64,000 nt of DNA from Yuukianura sp. NJ FZ-2021 (lineage: Eukaryota), in NCBI GenBank assembly GCA_046563655.1, contig CM102290.1:1240001-1304000 (forward strand), in the 5' to 3' direction. This document shows, in pieces, positions 12,525 through 23,700 of the stretch. How positions within the stretch are numbered: the first letter of the stretch is position 1; each line of letters starts with the position of its first letter. A program made the translations under genes and the position numbers. The notes beneath the pieces were generated by a model that searched no databases, was not told the origin of the DNA, and worked only from the letters and a program-made list of their open reading frames with translations.

Positions 12525-15500
12525 GGTTTGAACGATTTATTAAGGCTTTATAGTTGACAAAAGTATTTGTTCATTTGTTAAGTTGGTTTAACCGTACTCA
12601 AACTTAGGAAACATCCCGGATAGACTTCCCGTACCTTAGCAATGCCTAGCCTTGATTGTGTTTGGTTGATTGATTGGTCGATTCGTATTACTTAAGCCGT
12701 AGGTGCCCTTGTGCTGAAGAACCTATTGTGAATAGGTTAAATTCGAGAAGAAGCGTCTAGAAAATACAGAGAAAGAGGACACCTTTTGTCGTCGTATGAG
12801 GACAATAGAAACTAAGGCTGGAAGTGGAAGTGGATTGGCTGAAGAAAAGAAGACGGTGGCCATATTGCCATACACTGAAATAGATCCGCCGGTTGGTTGA
12901 GGGACAGAAATGAATTGGAGATGAATGTGTCTTGCCTGCTTTCACTCTGGCTGACATGACACTTCCTTTCTTCGGCTAAATAGGGACCACATAGGGCAAC
13001 ACAGGATGCAAATTCAAGAATAGGTTATGCAAACCCACCCAATTCCGCCCTTCCTAGCCAACATGTCAAATCCCATTATCTGTCTCTACTCCCTTTTCAA
13101 TTCAACTTCAAAAACGGAACACAAAGCTTCTAAAACGAACCAGCACAACTCCTCCTGTTGTGTGAACCAAAGGACCCAGAAAGCGGAGACAGTTAGCCGA
13201 TAAGTTCCACTTTCCCAACATGGAACTATCCAGCCTTGAACCTAAAACAACACATCGATAAGCTACCCTTGCCCTATCCCTGTCGGTTCAGACCATACGC
13301 AGGTCACTTTCACCCTTTGCAAGAAATGGTACTTCAAACACTTACTTTGAAGCACGTTTTGGTCACCTCTCAATTGCAGAATACATGGTATGGTAACCAT
13401 AGTACTTGTTCTGGACAAAAGTTCCTGGAGCATCGGATACTAACGAAAATTTGACAACGGATCCATTTTTTTTTTGTGTCAATGCGTATCTAGGTTTTAG
13501 ATACTCCTAGTACTGGCAATAAGTTTCGAGAAAATTGCAACTTAATTCCGAATCGCATACTTCATTTCATTACTAAGCATTTACAAGAGAAAGTTCGGCC
13601 TGTTAAAACCGACTTGACCTAACCTAACTTATTTAAAACCGCCTTTGAAAGACAATAATGGAGGCATTTATGCGTCATCTAGTGAACAGAAAGCATTTCA
13701 GCGAACGGGAATCCGTCCCTGCGCTGACTAAGTGCTCTGCCATGACTAAAACTTTCACCAAAACAAGAGAAAGTGGTGGTGGCTCACAAGTAGAGGGCTC
13801 TGCGCAAGGTTCTTCTACTTGAACACTGAAAAAAGATCTAAAACAATTAAACCGAATGTCGGACACCCAGCCCTATTTTCAAGAGAAAGCGAAAATACCG
13901 TTAAAAGAAAAAACTCATGTTAACCAACTCATCAATATTTCAAAGAATATGAAACAACCGGCATTCGGTTTGAGTCAAAATTTTGAAACAGTTTAACTTA
14001 AAAATTCACACCAAATACCAACCGTTGGTTGCATCTTTTACTTTTAAATTAAGTTTTAAACAATTTTAAATGAGTTCCTTTTGAACTTTTGAACGCGTAA
14101 TTGCATACCACGACAAAAGTTCTCATTCTCAGAATTCCCTTCAAAACGGAGAGTAATTACTACAAACACGTTTTCAAATTAGAATGGGAAAGGAACTTGC
14201 ATAAGTTGTATCGTGTTGAAAGACGCTGGAGGTAGCGTAATGAAGATGAAGTAATGACGACCGTAAGAAAAACGAGAAACAAAAGACGATTTTCTATTTC
14301 TACGTCCTGTCAGATTGATTTCAAATGCCGTGCGAAGACGTAATCAATTTCATTTCGTCTCGTTTTCATCGAACGTCCAATTTGTACTTCTAATTCCAAA
14401 ATATAATTTTTTCTCAAGAAATTATGGATTGGCTCAACATAGTACTTTTGCTATTGAAACCGTGAATGCCTAGCAACTAATGGCTATATCATTAGCCAAT
14501 GCATTTGGTACACACTTCAATAAACTTTTAAGCAAGCCAGAAAGTGTCAAAGCGATCCCAGTGTCCATCAGCCCTGTCCTTCCGTCATCCCCAACAATTT
14601 TATTCCATCGTGGGGTGACCGCAGAAGAGTACTTTGTGCATTTTACTCTTCTATTTTAGGAGCCACAGTGTAATTGGTTTAACTTGACCAAATTCAACTT
14701 TGACCACAGCCATAAAGTGTATGCCGAGTTTAGAATCAAGATAATAGTAGCCCGGTTTCAAAATCCATTGCCTCAAAGTTCAAGTATTATTAACTCGTGA
14801 CGTCTCTTCAAAAGTAAATTTTCGAGAAATCCCACACATTTGCCATTTTGTAAGGATTAAATTGTAAGAAAATGTTTTGGTTTTGTCAAGATAATGTTTC
14901 AAAGAAAGACCTACTAAAAATATAACAAAAGTCACAAAGTAGTTTGATCTTCTCATTTTGCAAAAACTAACCCATTCCAAATCTGGAACGAACAGAAAAT
15001 CCAGACCATTTCTTCTCCTTGTTGTTCGCATTGGAGAGAAAGCCGTGAAAGCCAAAAGAAATCTTGCACATACGCTTCTTCTCCCCTTATGATGCTTTCT
15101 CTTTTCTTCATTTTATACACAGTGAAGCATAAAAGGAATCCAATGCCTTTCATTCATTTCCAGGGAAGCAGAAGGAACAGACGGACACCTTATTACATTC
15201 AGTCTAATCCAAATCGCAACAAGTGGTGCCACGTAATGCTCACCTAACGGTTGCTAGGAATTCTGACAATCCACTGTCACTACAACCAATTTCTTCAGAA
15301 TTGTACAACAGTCATATACCAGCGTTACGACTGACATCTCAAACGAAGAAACTATGGGCACAAGATTGGAGTTTTTCGATCATCGCTGAGACCAGTGTTA
15401 AGTAGTAAGTCAAAAATCTACGCCCCGTTTTTGAAATATTTTATGCAATGCTTTTTGCATTTTAAGTTTCACTGAATGCGTTTGTTTACATTTGAAAATT

Positions 15501-15611
15501 GTCTTTCTACATTCTATATTTTGTAATTCTATCAAAAAAAAACGTCATATAAGTTTTGACATTCATATCCAGCTTATGAGTTTTGAAGAAATTGCCAATA
15601 TCGGAGGAAGC

Positions 15612-15857
15612 CAAGGTTGCTATACCAACCAAATTGTTTTGCTTTAAGAGGTTTGGCAATAAGTCCTGTTTACGAAAAAAATCGCTCCAAACAATTTTTC
15701 CCCCAATTTTCCCCCAATCCCATTTGATTGCATATAAATCATTACCATAGGAAGGCACGGTGAACCCATTTTTGCTAATTTTTAAACAAAATTTAAAACG
15801 CTTGAGTTGTTGCATAACCTGATGAAGAAAAAACTATTTTCTTGTTTACAAACCTTG
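15612..15857. mobile_element. CAAGG..CCTTG MITE
   Basis: Ends CAAGGTT / AACCTTG. Identical flanks GGAGGAAGC. Right end (AACCTGATGAAGAAAAAA...TTGTTTACAAACCTTG) resembles the 12291 and 25568 copies. Confidence 0.75.
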
Positions 15858-16885
15858 GGAGGAAGCTTTGAATTTTAATCAATTTCAGCAAAATTTAGAC
15901 AATTTAAAAGCTTTCCAAAATGGGACAGGTAGCGACAATTTCCAGAAGTTTATTTTTACTGGAACTAATCTGCGTAATTCGCTTTACGTTTGGTAGCGAC
16001 ACCGGACAATTTTTGCAGCTACAGAGGGAAGGAGGCTAAGACAGTAAACACTCCATCCATAAGTGCTACGTAAGTTAACTACTTATGTAAGTTAGTTGAT
16101 TAACTATTGATAACTAACACGCCGAGACATTGATTTTTGAACGAGGAATGCAGGGTGTCGGAAGAGCTACAATATTGACGGTAACCAAAGAATGTCGTAA
16201 CTAAAAAAAAAGTTAAAAAAAAGAATTAGAGTTTAGGGTTTCCCTACCGGGAAGAAAAGAAAGCTTAAGATGACTTTAAAAAATTGATTGTAGTTTTGCT
16301 CAGACCAAAGAAAAACGAATAAGAATTTGATAATGTTCTTATAACTTACTAACATAATGTTCCGGATGGTTATTGCAATTGAAACCAAAAAATACTATAC
16401 AAAATACGAAAAATACAGGTTGGTAATTTGACTAAAGATGACCTTCAAGTTTCTTTTCATTTTGAATGATTTTGCTTAAAGTAAAAAAAAATTAATTTAG
16501 AACTCTCAGAACATACAATTCTACCGAAAACTGCCGGATCGGTTTTTATCTAAAGTATTTACCTTAGAGAAAAAAAGACACAAAGAAGTAATGGAAAATT
16601 TTTTTGGAGGATAATAATAATTCTTTACCATCATTGGCCTCCAGAAAAAAATTGAAAGATGAAAGGCTGAAAGAAAGTTTATCCAATTAGTCCGACAATA
16701 AGTTAGCAATATTATTTCACCAATTTATTTTTTGATTCATCCACTTTCCTTTCCTCCAGCACAGTACAATGCCCGCCATAGTTTCTGCTTAAAGTGAAAG
16801 CAAGTTAGTTGAACTGGAAACTGTTGATTTCTCTTTGAGAAGGGGCTAAACACTAGTTTGGGCAAAAGATCCCTAGGAATTTCTA

Positions 16886-17423
16886 CTGCGTATTGAATAC
16901 GCACTATGCTCACTTATGGACGATGGAGAAAGTGCACAAAAACCCTGCTCATATTGTATCTACATCAAAAGTGCTGGAATACTTTCGGAAAGGCGAATCC
17001 ATGCTATTGCACTGAATGAATTGCTACAAATCCAATTGTTCCGAATGGCATATTTTTCCGAAATTTTAAGGTAACAAGTTTTAACGGAATACTTTTTACC
17101 AAAAAACGTTGTCAAACAGGTCACAGGGACCTTTTCCAAGATCTAGAAACGTTTTCTGGAACAGAATGGACGTTTTCGGACCTGTTACTTGAGCGGTCCT
17201 ATGCTTCAATTGGTTGAAAGTCAAAAAAAAAACGTTTAAAACAAAAAAAAACGTTTAAAACACGAAACAAACACGTTTTATGTTTTTTAAAAAAAAAACG
17301 TGTTTTAAGGATAACCTGCTGCGTATTGCATATTCACTATGCTCACTTCTGGACGATGAAGAATGTACACAAAACCCCTGCTCGTATTGTATCTACATGG
17401 AAAGTACTGGAACAAACTTTCGG
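16886..17423 (+). repeat. Diverged ~105-bp direct duplication (16886-16988 and 17319-17423)
   Basis: CTGCGTATTG..CACTATGCTCACTT.TGGACGATG..CCCTGCTC.TATTGTATCTACAT..ACTTTCGG occurs twice. Confidence 0.85.
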
Positions 17424-17723
17424 CGAGGCTGTACATGTCTGGAGAAAGTAGTAGGTGGGTTTAGGATGTAAAATCGGTGAATCTTCGTATATATTTTCAG
17501 CTTGAGGCCAATGAACAGGGAGCAGAGCGGAGTTCTGGTTTGATTTCCTGATTTTGGCTATTGAAGTGCAAAGTTAGAGAGTGGGATTCTATGACAATTG
17601 AACAGAGGCGTATCTCGAAGAGCCCCTAAGGAACTCTCAATTCCCTTTTCAATGACAATCGTTCGTCTCAATTACTATATTTTTCATTATAAAAAAAGGA
17701 TCCCGATCACAAAGCCACCAGAG

Positions 17724-20700
17724 ATGCCCCACTTCCTGGATGTCTCCAACTCTTCAGCTACTATTGTCAATGGTGGACTCTTGACTGCCACAGACTCTCC
17801 GGCCACTACTGACGAAGGAAACGGCAGCGATTCAATCACGATCTTGCAAAGCATTACACCGGCCATTCTGGAAAATTTAATTTCTGGCCACGACGTTACC
17901 ATTGAGAGTGAGTACTACCCGGACTTCACACAGGTAACACTACACATTAATTTTTTTTAATTTACACGAGTAATGACTGAATCGTAACTGTTTCTTCTGG
18001 GAGATTCTGAAACTGAAACTGACATTCATTGTTGATAAAACGTTATTAGGTTTTCATTACTTTGTACTTTCTGGTATGTAAAAACACTTTTGGGCAGTTT
18101 GTTTTTCACGTCGATTTTCTATTATTTCGTCGATTAGAAAATTATTCACAAAAATTCGAAACTCAAAGTTGTAAAAAAACAACCAAAAACTATTGAAATT
18201 GATAAAAACTAAACTTCATTTCAATTTCGGAGAACTTGTGCAATTTTGGAATAACTTACAAAACGTTACAAATAAGTTACAAAACGACTTTTGTTGTGTG
18301 AAAATGCAATTATGTTCTACCATTCCAGTCCAACCACGCAGAAATGGTTCAAGTTCGAAGAAAACATGAAAAGGAACGTAGAGAATGCGAACATAAACTG
18401 GGAAACTAAAAGAAGTTTTTTTCAAAAGAAGCCGGAGGAGGCTAAGTTCGACAACAAAGTTTTCAAAAAAATTGCACTTGCCACTGGAAGCGGAAAAATA
18501 GTTCAATGCATATAGCATTGGCTTGAAGTTTGAAATTTGAAGTTTCATTTTTTTATCAAAAGAAAGTACGGTAATACAGAGCGGAATTTTTTCAGAAACC
18601 AGCATATTTTTTTTGGACCCTAGTGTTAAATTTAGAATCAGAAAATTGAGTTTAACTTTTTATTTCGTTTCGCACAACTTTCGTTTCAAAAAATAAAGTG
18701 TAATAAAATAAAACTTGGCCCTACCCAACTAACAGGCTAAATTACATTTTTCGCACTGTTGAGGAGTTGAAGAAAGAGCGAGGTTTGTAAAAGTGAAAAA
18801 CATATGAGGAAAGTCGATCATTACTCCATTTTAAATTTCAAAATCCATTGAATTTCAAATTTCATTTTAAAATTCATTTTAAACAACGCAGCGACACTCC
18901 AAAACCTTTCTTTTTCTTGTTCTTTCTAAACAAATTCTTTTTTTCTTCAATATTTTTTTCTAGAGATTATGTTTTATCTTTGTCAACGGACTTATAAAAA
19001 TAATAACATTATCTAAAATAGATGGTGAATTTTCTCTGCTTTCGTCAAAGAATTTTACAAATTATACTTTCATCAACAGCAATTGACTTAACACTCATGT
19101 TTTTTTTTCGATGTAAAATAAAATTATCTGAAATCACGGCCACTTGATTCTTGATTCAAAGGTTTCTACTGTATGTTTTTTTTTTCAATTCTTGCATGTG
19201 ACTTTACTCTCACGCATTCGGATTGAAGTGTTCTAAATATATCTAAAAAAAAATTTCAAAGCTGATTTTGATGTTGAAATTGGAAATTCATCACAATGTC
19301 GAATACATTTCTTAGTGACGTGCTTGCACTTTATTTTGAAGAAAGCATATATGGAGACTGGAGAGGAAAAGTGAAAGTGAAGGGGAGTGAAATCAAATGG
19401 CAGAAATGTGATGCGGAAATTAGGAATTCCGAACAGAAAGCATTTCTTACTTAAGCGCATATCACGGAAGTTACAATTCAGTGCTTTTGATTTGTTAAAT
19501 AAGGTTTACTTTGTTTTCTGTTTTTTTTCACTGTCTGTCACTTTAAATTTTCTTTCTTATTTCTTCCCAAATCTCAAAAGTAAGTTTTCTGAATAAAAGT
19601 GAGAATATGCCGAAAACAGATTTCAAAACTTTTCGCTTCGTTTACGAAGTGACCTGCTACTCATGATGAGTAGCGCCGAATTCCTTTATTTCAAAGTGTT
19701 TCGTTCTGTAATTAGAAGTCGAATGCGTGTCGTGATTATTGAAAAGTAAACAATAGGATTCTCCAAATCGAAATCGCTACTTGATGACTGCTTATATGCA
19801 AGTTACACTTTGAAAATTTGTTTTCAGATTGGAGTTGTTCGTGGTCTCTTCGTGTGCCTCTTTCTGTTGGAATTTGTGGTTGGAGTCATAGGAAACATTC
19901 TCGTGTGCGCCACTGTCTACCGAAACAAATCCATGCATTCTGCCGTCAATTACGGAATTGTCAACTTAGCTTTCTGTGATTTCCTCGTCGGAGGATTCGT
20001 TTTACCTACAAAGGTCAGCCACCACGTTTTTCAATGCATTCCTCGTTTTTCCAAGAAAAAAAAATGGTAGACGCGAAAGAAAATATTTGCTTTCCTTTGA
20101 GAGCAAGGTGTTTGCTCTCTCTACTTTCTCTTTGAATAAGCATGTCAAGTTTATTCGAAGAAGCACTACTTCTCTTTTAAGAAAAATCCAACGCTGGGAA
20201 ATCAATTTCCTGCCCAGCTTAATTTCAAATGAAATATAATGCAAAGTAAATTATTTTAGAGTGGAAGTTTGTAAATTGAGTTTGCGTCTTTGCTTTAAGT
20301 TTGTCGAAAAATAGAATTAAATAGTCTCCCGTCAGTAAGTTCAAATTCTTTGCCAAACGGAAAGTTCAACATTGCAACAGGTTTTGTTCAACTTCTAGAA
20401 ATCGCACATGCTCACTTCTTCGGTCAAATGATTCTTTTTAAAAATGTCTTTTGCTTTTGAGTAATTGCACTTTTACAGTGTGGTCCATGGAGAGTACTGA
20501 CGTAACGGCAGTCGTAATCTCTAAGTAACGTTCCATTTTCAAAATGAAAGTTGGTGGTCCAGGAAATAATCCTTAAGGGACATATGAACATTAAGGAAAT
20601 TAAGGAAAAACTTTTACTATAACAAAACAAAATACATAGCACGTTACCTTGCAACAGGTTTTTGGACTATTCGTTTTAGGGGAGAAACACGACATGGCAA

Positions 20701-23700
20701 CGTTAGGTGACATCACGTTGCCATGTCGTGTTCCATGTCGTGCCGAGGTCTCGATTCGCCCCATATTAATACTTTTTCACGAAAATTCGATTATAACTTT
20801 TCACAGGACTGACATAGAGAGGTCGTCACTTTTCCGATTTTTTAAAATACATTTAGAAATTTATCGATTTTTAACCAAACATATCGCTCCCAAGGGAAAA
20901 CAACAACCTCAACCTGCCACTTGCAGGTGTAAGTTATACTATTGTTTCGCTTCACTAAAAAGTTGCACCATTTTCTACAATTCTGGAACAAAAGAACAGG
21001 TCGTGTTATGGATTTGTCGCCGAAAGTGGGGAAGTGATGCACTTGAGAATTAGGATGGTAACAAAGAACGTGGATGAAGTACTCTACCTCGGAAATCAGA
21101 TTAAGTGTGACATTTGACTTTGAACTGGCATTATTAGTTTCTCTAGACACAATAATTCCAACTGCTATTCAAAATTATAATTTAAAATTGAATTCACCAC
21201 AGCGGACGAACTACCTTTAATAATATTCTGAAATCTTCCTTACGACTTGTAGTCCAATTTCTGTTGGAATCATACAGTATGATTCATACTATGTACCCTT
21301 GAAATTGACGATAATGTCAGTTTTACAATATGGCGATTCTCCGCGTATCCCATTTGACATTTTTTTAACTTTTCAATGTAATCTCTTCTTTTTTCAAAAC
21401 ACCTTCCTTTCAGATTTTGTGAAGATTGGAAAAAAAAGCACCCAATTGTATTGAAATCCTCCCATTTTTACTTTTAATTGAATTATAAGCCTGGAAGGCG
21501 TGCTCCGTTGAATCATTAGGCATATTCATTGGTCCATTGCAACAAATTCAATTGCATTTTCCAAAATTCCTGAACTAAATCCAAAGAAAAAGAAAGTTAT
21601 GAGTTATACGAGTTGCATTTTCGTATAAAAAGTGACAAATTCAATTTTGTTCATTTTCAGTTGTTTGAACTCACATCATCCGTTGAATTGAATATGATGA
21701 ACGACCTATCCTGTACAGTCGTACGTTTCCTGGAATCTGTCATTGTATTTGTCAGCGTTTTTACTCTCGTTGCCATTTGTGTGGAGAGGTAAGATTTAAG
21801 TAGCGTCAAAACCAAAAAGAACACTATAACAACTAAACACCAAAAAGAACTATAAGAATCTGCAATTTTTATGCAATTTCTTTTCCTATTTTGAATTCAT
21901 TGATTGTTCTTTCAAAATTGTTGTTGTTTTGGTTGGGTTCTTGTGAAGGTACTACGCTGTAGTATTTCCGATGCACTCAAGAATTCATATGACATCGTAC
22001 AGGATCAGAAAAATTCTACTTCTCGTTTGGATCATTCCGATTATGGTGGCAGCTCCCAATCTGTATCCAGCGAGTGCAATTCCAATATATTTGTACTCAG
22101 AGTATGGAGAATTTACGAGACTGACATGTCATGACACGTAAGTCCAAAATCCACTGGATGGAACTCCGTTACATCTCCGTTAATGTCGCCAAGTTCTTGC
22201 GTGAACGGACACAGTTCTCTTGAGTCTTGACTCTCAATCCCCAAGCACAAAAAGCACTTTCAGAAGTTAGTCTGACCACTAAAAGTTTTTATAACCGACA
22301 TGAACTTGACAGGATTGGCGTTAACTTGGAGGTCAAGGTCAACCGAATAAGTTGAGCGATGAAAATGGTGGGCTCATTACATTGAATAAAACCCAACGGC
22401 GGTCATTTCAAATTTTCAAAGAAAAAAGTCAGGTGACTTCTGCTGAAATAGGGCTACTTCCTGTGCTTGCGTTTTTGAAAAAAGAACTGCATCTCAATTT
22501 CTACAAATCAAATCCTACAAATCAATTTCTGATTGTTCTCCTAACGGCGACGCTTGGTAGCTCCGGGCGTATAAATGGAAATGACTTTACGTTTGCAGAG
22601 GCATGCTAGAAAAGATCCAAGAAGTTTTCGCAAATTCCTACTATAGTGGGTTTACAAACAATAGGTTTGAGTTTTTGGAGCTCATGAGTTTTGTGCAGAG
22701 AAAGATGAATATGTCACAGATACTGCACTTTTGAATCGTTGCGTCCATTTTAAGATCGTTTTAAACACAAGGTTGCCGAATGCCGATATGTTCAAAAACG
22801 TGAAACGTCCAACCTTTTTTTATTGAAGTTCTTTGTGACTCTAATTGTTAGAAAAAAAAACACATCTACGCAATCAGAATAGTTACGGCAACTAATTACG
22901 GCAACGGGCCGGAACGTTGCAACTTTCGATTTACGCTCAAGCCTAATGCATTTGGTCTCGAAAGTTAATTTTGGCTTGAAATTGACGGGCATTAGTACAG
23001 CCGAGAGTTTTGTTAGTTGTTTCTGCGAATTTGCGTTTGTCAACACGCTTTCGTTGTGCTCTACTAATTATGGAACAATTTTCCGTTGTCAAGGAACCTT
23101 GAATCCAATACTTTACATAACGTTAGTTTAGTGAGGCTTCCGTATGAAAAACCGTTACCCTTTTAGTGTATAAAGCCTCTCATGTTACTCAAAATGCACG
23201 ACAATTCCATTTGCACTTTCCTTTGTTCTGCCATGTGACAATGTCATTTTGTGTCATGTTTTCTGCAGGTTTTCGGATGAGTTTCGAATGTGGTACTTTC
23301 TCTTTCTCTTCTGCTTCATGTACCTCCTTCCATTACTGTTCATTGGAACGACTTGCTTCTCAATCACACGGGTAAGTGATTAAATACATTGCCATATCCA
23401 TGTAACACATGGTCGTTAAGTGCCCAAAAGTGCAAATAACACTCCAATGCTATGCATGCGGTATGTTATGTCCTTTATATTATGCCATTCAACGCGTAGT
23501 TAACTTTCACCACCGTCTGCCACCAAAACATACATCAAGCTTATCTAAATTCAAATTAAAGTAAACAGAGAAAACCAATGCTCACAATACAGACAATTCA
23601 CTTTCTAGGGTTATGTGTGCAACTGCATACCTTAGATGCGCTTGGGAATGTTGTATCAACAAAATGCAAACACTGCCACTTTGTGCAATTAAAAACTTGT

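Noticed and set aside
17220..17471. Cys-rich ORF 17280-17471 and A/T-rich repeats
   Set aside because: The ORF starts in low-complexity sequence and overlaps the 105-bp duplication. No signal peptide or splice support.
22768..23101. Complete CAAGG..CCTTG element
   Set aside because: Both end motifs are present, but the flanks (TTTAAACA vs AATCCAAT) form no TSD. Counted only as fragments.
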